Assembly (NCBI GenBank): GCA_003971905.1
Contig: RSEE01000030.1
Span: forward strand, 434,001 to 498,000
Length of the DNA: 64,000 nt
Reading direction: 5' to 3'
Source of the DNA: Moniliella sp. 'wahieum'
Lineage: Eukaryota
The position numbers and the translations under genes are program-made. The notes under the pieces were generated by a model. The model was not told where the DNA came from and did not search any database. It worked only from the letters and a program-made list of their open reading frames with translations. Below, piece after piece: positions 1 through 14,019 of the stretch (its first letter is position 1; every line of letters begins with the position of its first letter).

Positions 1-2100
1 AATAGAAATGGACCAGGTGGTGCGGCAGGCAGCTCAAGAGATGGGGATCGTGCACTTCGGGCCTCTCTTGCGCTCCGTCTCACTCCGCCTCCATGATTTG
101 CAGAGAATTGTGCTCCTTCCTCATCAGAGGGTGGGCCTGGAGGAATCCTCGTCTACGGAGGGCATGGGTGACCAAGCCGAGTCTACCTCTCCCACGGCTG
201 GGGTGCTGACGATACCCTGCTCTTGAAGGCGAGTGCCACTACGCCTTTGACGATGGAGCGATACCGGGTGCGAACTTTACGCCGAGCTTCTGCACTGCTC
301 CAACATGGCTCTCCTCAATCGTCCCCCCGGTTCCGGACCGCAGTATGATCCCATCACGGGTGCTCTGCAGGGCGGCCTTGATGGGTTCCAGTCCTTGACC
401 GATGCTCTCAACATGGCCCACTCTGACTCGGACGTTCAAATTGAGGAAGCGCCTTCAATGCTTCAAGAAGATAGTTTGACTTTCGTCGAGGCGACCACAC
501 CTCTGATGCGCACTACCGACCTAGCATCTCCCTCGTCTTCGGTTGCCCGAGGCACCTCCTTCTCGACCGATGGCCCATCATCTCCGAGAGTGTGGGAAGA
601 ATCGACGGTTGGAACGACTGCCCCGCCAGGTACTGAAGAGACCAAACCAGTTTCGTATGAGGGGCTTATCTGGGACCACCGCCTAGCTCTCCGGGCACGG
701 CTCAAATCCATTTCGGTCCCTGTGCCCGACGGGTTGGTTGTTGGGGATTTGCTCAAGGAGCGCTTCATTTCCTTGGGCGTGCCCAATACGCTTCTTGATC
801 TCTTCTTCATTTACCCGTGGAACAATCTGCTGCACAACGTGGTATATGACGTCGTGCAGCAGTGCTTCAATACGCGTTTGACTGCCAGCCCGGTGGACCA
901 GGGGGACGGGGACCCCCCCAAGCCCCTTGAGAACGAGCAGCCAACATCCTCGAATGGGTTTGGCCATTTTGGCCCGGACCTGAGGCCTATTCCGCACGGC
1001 CAGTACAACCGTGCCCTGGCCTTGGAACTTTTAGGCAAAGCAGACCTTTGTGGGCTAATCGTGCATGGCCACAAGGTCAATGACATTTCTGAAGCGGGGC
1101 CCCGCAGAATGCGGTTAGGCTTTATGGGGCACCTCAACTTGATCGCCGACGAAGTGGTCAAGGCGTTGCAAAAGTATCCCCGTTCGCTGGGTGTGCCATT
1201 GAGGGAGGAATATGGCATCACCCGTCATTCTTCCGAGTGGCATTCTCTGGTGGAGAAGCTTCGTATGGCCCAAGGACCCGCAGAATTAGCCGGCCCATGT
1301 CCCACGGTCCCTTGCTCAATGTCGAGTGACTTTGAGGAAGATGAGCTGGAGCACTCATCCCAGGTTATTGGCTCCTTTGATGATTACGACGAAGCTGACG
1401 ATGGCGTCGCATGGGCCGCTAACGTTCGTCGACAACATTCGCCGCGACTGCTTGGCGTTCCCGTCGTACGGAGGGTGAGGCCGATGGAGCAGAGGGCTAC
1501 CGAGACCCCTTCTCCGACCCCATGACCGCGGCAGACTGGGACGCCGAATTTCAACAACAAACGCAAGAACAAGATGAACGTAATGCTGCCTTCCAAAACC
1601 GTATTTCTTCCGATGGATCGACGAGCGAAAGCGAGGAGAGCCTGTCGGACGACAGTTCGTCCGATTCGGATGAGGATGGCTATGCCCCGTTTGTCGACCT
1701 CCTAAACCCTCGTGCTCGGGCCAGTGTCTTGCTCCGCCAACAGCGTCAATCGCACATGGCCCCTGAACCGGCTCCTCGTCCCCTCTCGCCCGTGGGCACC
1801 TCCCCCATCTTGATTCCTCGCCCCCACCGTCGTCGGTCGTCAGCGACCAGTTCGTCGGGTTCGAGTCTTGAGTTGGTGGCTGATCCTCATTCCCCACTGG
1901 GGCCAGGGGTGGACCGCGAATCTACTGTGGATGTATGTGCGGGACCCCCTTGCCACCTGACCAAAGCTGACATTTTGTTACAGGACCACGGTGCTTTAGT
2001 TCGCACATTCGACCAGGGTCTGGAGCCAAGACGAATCCAAGTCCCATTGGACGATGTGGCGCTCGCCTTGTCAGAAGCCGAACACATGGCCCTCTCCTGA
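1..2100 (+). CDS. SIT4 phosphatase-associated (SAPS domain) protein, 5'-truncated by the window edge, frameshifted
   Basis: Across frames reads MGIVHFGPLL..., PLTMERYRVCELYAELLHCSNMALLNR, VGDLLKERF..LLDLFFIYPWNNLLHNVVYDVVQQ and RLGFMGHLNLIADEVVK, typical SAPS (Sap155/185/190, PP6R) blocks. An acidic Ser-rich tail continues in ORF 1522..2100. Confidence 0.85.
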
Positions 2101-2777
2101 AAGGTTGGCCCTGGGATGAAGCCGATGTGGCTCACCTCAGAGGGTTTTATCTATTTTCGTGTTATCCTTCTGCTTCGCGTGGTGATCTAGGCGATATGCC
2201 GCTACCGTCTCTGGCGGCGGCCTGATCTCATCTTGATGCAGATCTGTCTGGGCTAGGCTTCAAAATGTACAGCGCCAGCTTTATGATAAGCGCGAGACCA
2301 ACAGTCGACGTCGACATGCCACTTGGAGAGAAGAGTGAAATTCCGTACGGGCTCTCAATCCTTCCTTCTCGGTTGCCTCCCAGTTGCCCAAGTTGATATG
2401 TTCTACGTCGAAAGTACAAGGACGGGGAGGCAACCAATGTCCCCTTCCCACCAAGAAATAGGGGCCCGGAAGGCCACGAGGGGCATGTCGGAGATGCTCA
2501 AGCGCGGAGGAGCAAGGCCGGGAGGGGAGGGCATGGGCGATAATTTTGTAGCAAAACCAAAGCATGAGAGCTGCGTCGCCGGCATGGGCTTGAGACACTC
2601 CAAAACCCATATACGCACAAGCCATATCTACCCATCTACCCCAGTAGGTAATGCCACTCGACTGGGAACTTCTGACAGAACCGATCTCCCAATCAAAGCC
2701 GGGTATACTAAACAGAAACAAGAGTATGACCATAACACATGGAATTTTCGGGGAATGGAGAGGTAAGTGCAGTCCAC

Positions 2778-3588
2778 TTAAGCCTCGACGGGAGCAGCCT
2801 CGGCCGGAGCAGCCTCGGGAGCGATGGCGGCAGCTGGGGGCGCAAGGTAGGACACCGAAGAGGGCTGGGTAACCTCGACCTCGGCCTTGGGCTCGAGAAT
2901 GGTGACGGCGTCGGGAAGGGGGAAAGGCTTGCCAGCGCGGCCAGTGGGGTCCCACGCATGCATGATCTTGACCTTGATGCCAAGCACACCCTGCTTCATG
3001 AGCACGTGGCGAACAGCAATGTCGACATAGTCCTTGTGGGGCTGGCCAGTGTGGATCATGAAGCCGTCAGTGAACTTCATCGCCTTGGCACGAGCGGCAC
3101 GCAGCTTGCCCGAAACAATGACCTCGCAGCCCTTGGCGCCCGACTCCATCACGTAGCGGAGCACACCGTACGCAGCACGGCGCACGGCAAGACCGCCAAG
3201 CAGCTTGAAGCGGAGCGACTCGCATTGAGCCGTAGCGTGCAGGCCACGGTTCTCAATCTTCTCGGCGTAGAGCTCGAGCGAGTTGTCCGGGAAGCGGAAG
3301 CGCTTCTGGACGAGCGCGGTGAGCTCGCGAATGCGGCGGCCACGCTCACCGAGCACGAGCTGAGTGTGGGTGGCGCGGATGATGATCTCAGTTGTAGCCT
3401 GGGTCACCCGGATCTCGCAGCCCGAGTAGCCCTCCTCCGAGAGCTCGCGGGTGAAGAACTCGTTGAGTTCGGCGGCGAAAACGCCGTCAGCGACAAACTG
3501 AGGAAACCCCCGGTCAGAATCAGCACCTCGTTCGATATCTGGGAGGTATACACACCTTGCGCGCCTTGGAGCCGACAACGTTGGGCAT
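2778..3588 (-). CDS. RPS3: 40S ribosomal protein S3 (uS3); one intron 3498-3555
   Basis: ATG at 3588 gives [11 protein letters not shown], then a GTGTGT..CTGAC..CAG intron, then [55 protein letters not shown] at 2778-2780. Confidence 0.97.
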
Positions 3589-4809
3589 ATTGACGCTTGG
3601 TGAAGGTGTGACAACGATCAGACTGCGTGGCTGAATCGGTGCTTGCCTAACGTCAACTACTGGCAGATAGGGTTGGGAACAACCCTACTCTAATATTGGC
3701 GCTTGCCGCAGCAGGGCAGGTTTTGCTTGCGATTGCAGTAGGCTGAACGTTTATGTTTCAGTGTTTTTTCGCTATAAATCGGGTGCAAGCAAGCTCGCCT
3801 GACGAGTTTTTCCATCCACCACGACTAGCTTGGTAAGTCTGCCACCCTTGCACACCGGCTGGGATGACAGGCGCAGGAAAGATCGCGTTCATCGCATCTA
3901 AGCGCCCACTTAACTGGCACCTCCACGTTGATTCAAGGATTGCTTCCTTTCCAGGAGGCGGGCATTGATGCCGTTACTCTGGATTCTGAGCCGTCATTGC
4001 GTGCACACCTGACTATGACGAAAGCGACTAACCTTATTGTTTTGTCATGCAGAATCCCATCTCTCCGCACGAGATCCACCTGTTTTGTCAGCATTGCCAG
4101 TCCGTTACACCCCTGTTGAGCCTTAAGAGCACTGTACCGGTCCTCCTTACCCTTTCGTTGCCTCGGGCAAGGATTGGGTAAGGTTCAAGGACGGCGGCTA
4201 CCCCACCTTGGTGAGGGTGGCCGTAAAAGACGGTCAGCACTTGTGTCATACTCAACAAGACGAACGTCCGTATGGATTTGCTTGCCCTTGTGGCGGCGCC
4301 TGGGCCCACGTGATTTTGCTCTTGAGCTGGTCAACTCACGGGCCTGGGCGCCTGTGCAAGTCCTTCGGCACATTTCATCGATGAATTTCCTGTACATTAC
4401 TTCTGAGAATGACACACAGTAGCAGTAGGTGTAACAGTGACGCCCTCGAGACGTGTAGCATGGAGTAGTAGGAAGATCCTTGTGTGGCTTCTCCCTTGAT
4501 GCATGATGCATGATGGACGGTGGGGCCGCTGAGGCTCCAGCCTGTAACCTTCTGGACTGGGCAGCTCTTGTGGGTGCGGTAGCTCAAGCAGATACCAAAT
4601 GGGGACAACGGTATGGTTACGTAAGCGGTGCGTTGCCTTCGGCCTTTTTGCGCCCTGTCCCGCCTGGCCAGCCCGATTGGGTCGAAGTGGTGGCGCGCTA
4701 GCCGCGAGCAGCTCAGAATTCGATCAACGTATCGACACGTGCCTGCCAGGTGCGCAAGAGAGAGGCTTCCGCCTGCGTCCGCTCTGTCCTTTTCCAGCGT
4801 CCCCCCTCC

Positions 4810-6395
4810 ATGTCGGCCAAGCCTAAAGGCGTGGGCGTTAAGCCGCGTCCTGGCCCCCAGCGCTCGACCAAGGCGCTCGGAAAACTCAAGATCTTGCCTG
4901 ATGGAGCGGACGTTTCCGACAGCTCGCAGCCGCAGCCCCAACTCCGCGACACTAACCTGTCGCCCGACGATGATAGCAGCGACGACCAGGACGACAATGA
5001 CGAGCTGTCAGACAGCAGGCCTTCCTCGATCGCATCCCAGAGGGTTCCATGCGTCGCGATGCCCGCCGCCTGACTCGCAAAGCCCGAGCGGAGCTCCCTC
5101 GTGTTACTGCTTATTCCACGGCAACCTCCTATCGCATGAACGATCTTGTTTCCTGGCTCACCGCGCGCAAGACGACCCACCAGACCAACCCGATGACATT
5201 CGACGAGTGTGTCTATTCCACCTACACGTACAAAAACATGCAAGATCTCATTGTGGGTGCCAATAAGCCTCATCCCCACGCTGCACCCACGCCCAGTTTG
5301 GATGACCGTCAGCCACCCCGGCGTCCTCGTCCACCTCCCCGGCCTCCACGCACTGGCGATCTTCTGGGAATCCCAGAACTAAGCGAGGAAGCTGAGGCGG
5401 AGGCGGAGGCGGAAGCGGAAATGGAAGCTGACTTGGCGAACGAAATGAGCAAGTTCCGCAGTGGTCATGCGACCGATTCGGCTACCGAGAGTGGAACAGA
5501 ACACGAGGCAAATGGCATCGGCAATGGGCAGGCACGCGCTCTTGCGATGGCTAAGGCATCACAACAGGCCATCAAACAGGTGACTGAGGAAGCGGGAGAC
5601 CGTTTGGAACATGCGCGGCGCCGTCGCCGCGAGCGTTTCGCGGTCGACAACCATGTCCCGAGGTCTTTTTTATGGAGTATGGAGCGGTGGTCATTTGGGG
5701 TATGACAGAGCAGAGGAACATCGCTTGCTTCGGGAAATCCGGCGGTTTGAGGTGGAGCGTGCGGCACCAGATGACATTGAGTCGGAGGACCTGAACTGGT
5801 ACTTGGCCGACTACTCCCGCATCTATAATGATGTGATTACGCTGCGCAAGGGAAGCGGCTATATGACCAAGCTTTCGCTCTCGCATGCTCTGGCCCAGTC
5901 GACCAAGATCTCGTTTTTTGAGGGGGTGATCGATAACACAATCGACTCAACCAAGGACATTCCTCAATCAATCGCGGAGAGTGGTACGATTGGACTGCCA
6001 CCGAAGGACATTATGAAGCAGATCGGTCATCTGTTCATCCTGCGTATGAATCTTCACCTTGTCGGCTCCATTGTCGACTCTCCCGAAATCTTTTGGTCAC
6101 AGCCCGACTTGGAACCACTCTACTCGGCGGCTCGCTCCTACCTTGAAATTCCCCAGCGAATCGACCTGCTCAACACGCCGTGGAGGTGCTGCAAGACATG
6201 CTTCAACTGCTGAAAGACCAGGTCAGCACAGTTCATTCGGAATGGCTGGAAATCATTGTCATTGTGCTCATTACCGGGGAGATTGTGCTTGGTTGCGCAA
6301 CTAGTACGTTGATTCCTTTGTAATTGTTGCCGGTTCCGGAATCCTGACCTCTCTTCATGGCTCTTACAGTGTTCGTTGACCTATACTTTGAGTAA
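4810..6395 (+). CDS. RMD1: Rmd1-family (DUF155) sporulation protein; frameshifts; intron 6304-6369
   Basis: LPRVTAYSTATSY, SRIYNDVITLR..KLSLSHALAQSTKISFFE..IPQSIAESG..IGHLFILRMNLHLVGSIVDSPEIFW..LEPLYSAARSYLEIPQRIDLLN, then a C-terminal TM segment HSEWLEIIVIVLI..; spliced end MFVDLYFE*. Confidence 0.88.
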
Positions 6396-6817
6396 AGCAA
6401 GAGGCGAGTTATTACTTTCTGCTGTATACCTATCACTTATCCCCCCTACTCGCTTCTTGCCACATTTGACTTGTAAGCCGTGCATTTCGTGCCGGGCCCC
6501 GAAAGCGAGTTATGATGCTGGGCTCTGGCGCGACTCTGTACCGGAAACGGCTGGCTGCGATGGGGGGCATCTCATTTCCAAACATCTACCTCTGGATGTG
6601 TTCGATCACTGTTGCCTTCGGACGAAGAGTATAGGGAACTCTAGCGTGCCGGCCGTCGGCTGCTCGAGAGAGGATTCAGTTCGTATAGCCACTGGAGCCA
6701 CTTATGAAAATAGACGTGCATCAAATACCGCGGTGGCAACCGGAGCATAATGCCTGCGCCAACCCGCTCGATCGAGAACGATGCCGGTACAGCTGCCCCC
6801 TCCCACAAGTACCGCAC

Positions 6818-8667
6818 ATGAGGATGTTTTTCCTCTTCTCCCTCCTTCTTTGTTTCTTTATGCCCTGGCTATTCTTCACGGTACAAAACCGGTCCTGCTG
6901 CAGATCAAGTGTCCCAGAAATGCGCCTCCAGACGGAAGTGTAGGCGGCTGCAGGTGCGTGTCATGTAATTGCATATGGACACAGTCCTAATGTGCTGGTG
7001 CATCCTTTCCCATTTCCCGGCTTCTAACTCATGGGGGGTGCATGCAAGCTTGCATCCGAACCACCACCCCAGCGTCACAACATGGCGAACCCCTCTGCCT
7101 CCCCCGTCCCCTCGCCGGTATCCGAGCCAGATGGCGAACACTGCCTCCCCGTCCCTGGAGCCAACTCTTTCATTGGGTGAGGAAGTCGCCGTTGGCTTCG
7201 CCCTCAGCGGCCCCCTCCCATGTTGGTTCTGGCCAGCATTATGATACTGCATCTGCGATAGCACCAACAACCCACCCTCCCAGGGCGAAGCGAGCTCCTG
7301 CAATTGCTTTGCACTTGCTTTTTAACTTTCGACGACCCCAACGGCAGGAGGATGCCCATGCGATTCAAGCTGAAATGTATGCCTGCGATGGAACAGCAAC
7401 TCTCCCAGCAGTATCTTCATACGCGCCCTTCATTATGCTCCCGCTCTCTTGGGGCTCCAAAGCTATGCGTAAGACACTGACTCCCAATCATATGCAGGGA
7501 AAAGGAGCAGGACGACGGAATGGGACCACGTCGGAAAGGCAAGGGTCCGGGGTAGGTTTCCTGGACAGCACACTGTGGGACCCTTGGCTGACATATCGCG
7601 TCGTCGTATATGTGGCCGTTACCAGTTCCTCCGCAGGAGAAAGGCAGGAGATTGTCCTCATATGGAGGCTTACCCGAGGATGCAGTTGGTCTCGGTGCCC
7701 GCAGAGATGATTGTGGGGCTGGATACGTCACCTATTCGGTTTTGTCCAGTCAGACTCATCCGATGCCTCACGAGAGAACCCCTTTGTTCAATGTGTCTCC
7801 CCGGCTTGATTTGGCGGGGCGGACCACACCACCTACGCCATCCTCTGAGCGCAACTCGGCATCTACTGTTCTCACCTCACTTGCAGCTCTACCAAGCCCC
7901 GCCCCCCTCTCCCTCATGAATGTTTCGAGGCCCGGCCCACCTGCTGCGCCACTTCAAGGACAACCACCAGATCAGCATAGTATGCATTCGAGGAGAAAGG
8001 GTGTCGACTCTGCTGTGTCCTCATCCCCACCATTGTCTTCTCAGTCCTCGACTGTCCAAACAGTTCAGAGGGGACACGCCACCGTCCATCATCAATGACC
8101 GAAGTGAAGAACTTAGAGGTACCTCAACACTCTCGCACCTTCTTCCCGTTGTGTGTGCCCCCCCTTGTTGCAAGGATACCCGCCGCAAGAGTTTTCTACG
8201 AAAAGAGAACACACCACTCATCCTTGCCGGCACGTTTGTACGCAGAGGGAGAGGGGGTAATAGCCCCTCAGAACCAGCCCGATGCCTTTCCACTCAATCG
8301 CCTTCGGCCCCAAGCAATGTTACAACATCTGCCGCGGGAGGGATGGGGTACTTCTGTTCGGCCATACCATCCGACCATCGTGCCGACCGGCATGGTGCTG
8401 ATTCCCAACTTTCTCGTAAGGCCAGCACAGCGGAATCTCACCCATCCTCGTTTCCGAAAGTGGTGTTATCCCCTCTTCCCTTCACCTCCACCCACCTATG
8501 CCAGACCTTGTCAGGAAGGTGTTGAAGGCGACGCATTTATATCAAGACCGAAACCGACGAACTGTTGCTCCCAGACTACCTCCCACCCTCATTTGCATAC
8601 TTCTCTCTTGCTACCACACAAGGATCAATACCAGACCTGTAATTTCCCACTAATGTCCATTTATTGA
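6818..8667 (+). other. possible degenerate or mis-assembled single-pass membrane protein gene (unverified)
   Basis: Hydrophobic leader (MRMFFLFSLLLCFF), a TM-like stretch (LSLGEEVAVGFALSG../MLVLASIMILHLR) and S/P-rich ORF pieces at 7610-8525, broken by stops. No recognisable family. Confidence 0.15.
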
Positions 8668-8835
8668 TGAGGGCATGGCCATTGGGACCAGCCAAGCCTC
8701 CATATACGTGTCATCACCTTGTCATTGAATCGTGGTAAACAGCGTCCATTTTGCGCTCGGGAGAGGGGTGAATATATATATAGCTGTGTGCTCTTGTCGT
8801 TGGGTCCGCACCGCTTTTGCCATGTAGATGTGGCA

Positions 8836-9391
8836 TCAAGAGCTCGCCGGCTTGATCGTGAAGCGGGGGCTCTCGTTGCCGGAAGTCCCCATCAGGTTGA
8901 TAATGTAGTCATCACGCTCTTTCAGGTCTGTAGGCAGAGTGACGGTAAAGTGACCCTGGGTGTATGGCACTTTGGGTTGACCAGTTGCATCCCACAGGAC
9001 CAGTTCAGGTTCTCTCCGCCCGAATCATCGTCCAACTGGTAGCCCAACTTGATGGAGGCAACCGACATGTTTTGGGCTGCGGCGGGATGTTGTCCGTCTC
9101 CCTGGGGAATCCCAAAAGAAAAGCAGACATCGTCAGCATCTCTCATGGAAGCACGGCTGGAGGGAGAGAGAGAAATAGACAGAGATGGGGATATTTGACG
9201 TACCACTCCAGGTAGAGGGGCTTGCCAGCATACGCCACCTGGCCCGCGTGCGGGGTGGTAACGGTGGGATCCCAGGAGATGCGCTTAACCATGTCGACGG
9301 AGGGCTTCATGGGCATTGCCGAAACGAGGGTGCTACCCAGGACAAGAACACTTGCTAGAGTAGCGGCTGTGAGTTTGGAGGCGGCGAGCAT
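8836..9391 (-). CDS. small secreted protein of a conserved basidiomycete family (Kre9/Ser-Thr-rich-GPI N-terminal-like fold inferred); intron about 9102-9203
   Basis: Signal peptide MLAASKLTAATLASVLVLGSTLVSA, dibasic KR, ISWDPTVTTPHAG..LEW, a GTACGT..GCTGAC..CAG intron, then ETDNIP..IKLGY..GENLNW..ERDDYIINLMGTSGNESPRFTIKPASS* (frameshifts needed to join). Confidence 0.75.
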
Positions 9392-9821
9392 GGTGGTGCT
9401 TTGGCAAATATATCGAAGTGGTGGCAGGTGAGATAGGCGTCGGTAGGAAGGTTGTGTAGGACGGATGGGGTGGTGGCGGTGGTGGTACGAGAGGGGGGGA
9501 GGGGGGGGTCTTTTTATGCCCTCCACCCACCGCCGGAGCTCGAGGGATCGGGGGCTGCTGGTGGTTTCGCAGGGTCTGCATGGCCAGGGGTTATTCATCG
9601 CATGTACTATTCTGAAGCGGTATATATGTGTACCCCGGAGTTCCGGCGTGCCCTGGTGCATCCCTTAGGTGGCCGTGGCGCATGCGAGCAGCAATGTCGG
9701 GGCCATGTCCTTCTGGCCACTGCACCCCACGCTACCTCCTCATCCTACCTTGTTCCATCCCTGTCCTCGCCAAGCCAGGGCAAGCGTGCTTTCATCAAAA
9801 GGTTCGGGCCAAGGGGAAGAG

Positions 9822-12800
9822 CTAGGTCATGGCCAACTTGGAGTAGCTGGGCGGTGCCAACCGGCGCTTGATCGCCTTGATCGCGTACAGAGGGAAGGAG
9901 CTAATGGCAACGATCAAAGACACCTTCCAGAGGAACTGAAGGGTGAGGACGAAGCGCAAGTCGAAGAACTCGGGGAGGAATACAATGCTGATGCAGTAGA
10001 GCATGATTGTCGCAACCTCGGAATCAGCATGTAAAGGTGCCTGCCGAAGCGCAAAGCATTCAGTTAGCATCCAAGGCGTGCCGTCAAGCAAGATGAGAGA
10101 AACGAACCAAGTAGTAATTTCCAGCGCAACCATGATGAGCTCGTTGAACACGAGCTGTGAAAGAAATGGAGACAATGTTAAGGAACTCATTCTCAAACAA
10201 TGCCAAGGAGGCGATCATGATGGCGCCGCCTTGGTAGATGGATATCATGAGCCACTCGGTGAACGTTTTGCTGGAGAGAGACCGGCCCTTGGTCAAATCT
10301 TTGTACAACTCGGGGTACATGAGTGACATGTCCTCGCTCACATCCCGATCGAGCACAAGGGAGAAGACAGGTGCCATGGTGTAAATCGTAGCGTAGCCAA
10401 CCATTAGCCAGCCTTGGTAAAGCGCAATGGGGGCAAAGTAGAATATGGCACTGAAGACGGCTTGCATGACACTGATAATCAATCCTCGGTGAATGACAAA
10501 CTGGGCGAGCTTGGAGCTGCGCTTATACGAGTTGCGCCCGTGCCAGACCAACAAGCGGGTGAGGTGGGAAAACTGGGTAAGGCTAAAATCGGCCGCTAAC
10601 GAGGCTTGCTTGCCTTCCTTGCCCACAATGCCCAGCCCCACATTGGCCGCCTGGATCATGGCCACATCGTTCCCACCATCGCCAATGCAACAGACCCGCT
10701 TCTGGGTAAAGTCCTTGATTAGACGCGCCACGTCGGCTTTTTGCTGGGGACTACACCGGCATGCAACCACAGCACTGAGCTGAGTCGCCACCTCGATGAA
10801 CTCGGTCGCCAACTGCGGGTGCTGGGGGGAGAGAAGTTGGTGTAAGCTATCGCCATCAATGACAAGGCAGCAATCCAGCTTGGTTCGAAGAATGGACAGA
10901 GCATCGCGAGCAGCCTGAGGGTGGGAAGCTTTTGAACAGTGTGGATGTACTGATTACGTGCCACCAGGCGAGAGCTGATAGCAATACAAGTCGCCGTCTC
11001 GATCTTGTCACCAGTCAGCATCCAAATTTTGATTCCACCATATTGCGAAGGAGCTCGAGGTGGCCTTGACCCCCACCTGTAACTTATCCTCCACTCCTGT
11101 AAGGCCCAAGAGCTCCAGCTGATACTCCAGGTGCTGGGACACCACAGCAGCCATCGCCTCGTTGCGATCTTCGAGCTGCAATCGGGCTTGCTTGTAAGCA
11201 AATTCAAACGATGCCCACGCTTCAGCACTAAGTTTCTTGCGACCGATAACCAGTGTGCGCAGACCGTCTCGGGCCATGTTTCCCGTCTCCTCATCCAGCC
11301 AATCGTTCTCCGCTACAATCTTGGTCATGACAACATCGGCTCCCTTCTGGTAGAACGTCACTTCGCCCGAGCGCTCATCACGAATGACAATCCCCATGCG
11401 TTTGCTCTCGCTGCTGAAGGGGAAGATTTCGAGAATGCGGAAGCGGTAAAGCTGCCCGTTGCTGGCGGCCCGGAGTGTCAAACTCGTCCGGTCACGGTAC
11501 ACCAGCGTGAGACCAATACTCTCGGTCCAGCGCACAATGGCCACCTCGTCTGGGACGAAGCTTGGTACGTAATCTGGGGTTTGTCCTCCCCTCCTCCTCC
11601 TCCTTCCTCATCGTCCTCGATCACCGGTGTAACATTGTGGCAGAGAGCCAGGGCCAATGCAATGTCCTTGACACGCTGGCTCATATCGCGTCGGGCACGG
11701 GGCACATAGTGCTGTCCTCCAGAGACAGAGCGATCTTGTTGTTTCTGGGCTGCCTTATTGCTCTTGCCTGGCCCGGCAGGTGCCTCGTCGAGTGCAAGAG
11801 CTTGTGCCAGTTGCGCAGCCACCTCATCAAATGCATCAAACCCATAACTCATGGTGCCCAGGTGGAGCTTGCGTAACTCCATCTCGTTTTGAGTCAAGGT
11901 TCCTGTTTTGTCCGAAAGAAGATATTCGATCCTCCCAACTCTTCGGGCAAAGTGCTGGTTCGCACCACCGTCCCAGGAATGTCTGGGTCCGACATGATCT
12001 GTCGTGCATAGACCGTCTTGCCCATATCCAAGTTAACGCGGAGGGAGATGGAATGATACTGCTAAAGAGGATCAGGAAACGGAAAATATAGACCCACCAC
12101 TCGCCCCGGAACCCATTGAAGGCAACCAAGGAAACGGAAGAGTAAATGTAACGCAAGCCAGGATTTTAGACAAGCGGTTGATCTCCAAGTCCAGTAGGCC
12201 CACTTTGGTTTCGGGATGGGACGTATTCATCACCGCTCGAGTTTCGCTACCAGTGTAGACGACCATACCGACCACACTGCCAGCCGCAAGGACCGTATTG
12301 GACCAGAGCATATTTTCCGCCGTCAGGGGCACCATCAGAGGATGAGGACTCATGGCGATTGCAGAGACAGGGCGTTCGGCACCGGCTTGGCGCCCGGAGG
12401 CTGTAGCCTCAATGTCCTCGCTAGCTCGGCGTCCGAGCAAATCACTAGCCGAAGGATGTCTCGTTTCTACATGCGGGGCTGAACGGGGGAACTGGACAGA
12501 ACCCGAATCACTCGTGTCGAGATCAGGATGGAGAGTAAAGTTGCCCACAAAGGTGTGAATGTCCTTGATGGGGGGACCGGCATAAAGGGAGGCGCGATCG
12601 GTAAGGGAAACGAGTTCATCATTGGTCATGCTTTGAGTGCACTCGACCCCACACGAAGTTTCCAATCCGTCTCGCCGTCCAGCTGGTCGGTGCGGATAAA
12701 GCACGTGCCTCCATCGGTACCATCACTCCCACTCTGCTCGACGCGTTCTTCATCTTCGGCAGCCTTGACATCTGCCGCTTCTTGTGCCTCGTTTATCCGC

Positions 12801-13801
12801 AGCGGCGGCTCGGCCGTGTCGAGGTGGTCCAACTCGTCGTCAAGAGCAAACTGCAGTTCTCCATCACCGGAAGCCGTTGTACTGGGCCGGAGGAGATAGG
12901 CGCATCTGATTCAGCAGGAAGATGGTGAGACGCATGGTGGTCCCCGCTGGCGGTGCGAAGCAGTAGAAGATCAGCAGGAACGCGATCGTTCTTCTCAAGT
13001 ACGACCAAGTCGCCCACCTTGAGCGCACTGCTGGGCACAGACAAAAAGGCCGCATGGTCGTCATCTCCATCGGGAGGGAGTTGCACGCCACCAGATCGAG
13101 CCAAGCGCGCAGCAGCCTTGCGCGCCGACTTGGGCACCAAGCGGGCTGGGAGCAAGGTACGATATGGCTGGGAGTTGCTCTCCGCATCCCGGCGGTAGCG
13201 CCCCACATCGTCCAACGCCTCCTTTCCAATGGTCACGGCCAGAACAAATGAAAGGGGCGCAATGTAGGTGACCAAAAGCCAATCTTGAGCGCAGGGATGA
13301 ACTGACTGAGAGCGACAAGCAAAAAGTACAGGTTGAAGAAGAACTTGAACTGCTCATAGAGGACGAGAGGAAAAAGGTAAATATGTTGTACTTTTGATTG
13401 CACACAACGTTGCGCGCAAACGCCCCGTGCTTCTTGGTATACCCCTCGAGCGGCGCCACTGTGCGGCCAGTGGACAAGGAGCTGGGGCCGGGCTGGAAAA
13501 GACGCTGCCACCAGGGCGAAGGGCGGGACTTGGCTGCTGGACCATCGTCATCTGGGGCAACTGCCGCGGCAGAAGAGGGGAAGGAAGCGGGCGCATCTGG
13601 ACGGGCGCTTCCGCGCGAAGGTAGAGACGAATCAGGGCGGGCGTCGGGATAGTTAGCGCCGCCATCAAGACGGTCGGTGCTTTGATCGGCCGAGGGGCCG
13701 AGCAGGCCAACACGTTCTTCGTCGTCGCTCAGGTCATCGTAGTGCGCCAAGGAGCGGCTTCGGCGATAGACTCCTCCATAGCCGCGTGGCGGCGAAGACA
13801 T
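9822..13801 (-). CDS. NEO1: P4-type ATPase phospholipid flippase, NEO1/ATP9 class; several frameshifts
   Basis: [65 protein letters not shown] near 11.9 kb, [52 protein letters not shown]-terminal APPSYSKL. Confidence 0.95.
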
Positions 13802-14019
13802 GTCGGGGGGCGCCGGCGGGATGAGGGGTGTGGGTGAAGCGGGGAGGCCGGAGGGGTGGCGGCGATGGAGGCGAGGCTGGCAAGCGCGCAGCTGATCGGA
13901 ACGGCGGCGCAGCCAGCAGCCAGCCGTTAATCAATCGCCCCAGGCGCGCCCATCTGTCCTTGTCGCAGCCACATGCAATGTTTCAAGTGACTAGTGACGC
14001 GCCCCTGCCTCACCCAGGC

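Noticed and set aside
3498..3555. Intronic snoRNA in RPS3
   Set aside because: The intron is only 58 nt and has no C/D or H/ACA layout.
2739..3593. 284-aa plus-strand ORF
   Set aside because: Antisense shadow of the strongly codon-biased RPS3 gene.
9822..13801. NEO1 and other broken genes as pseudogenes or programmed-frameshift genes
   Set aside because: Essential genes with intact catalytic motifs and indels everywhere in the window; sequencing error is more parsimonious.
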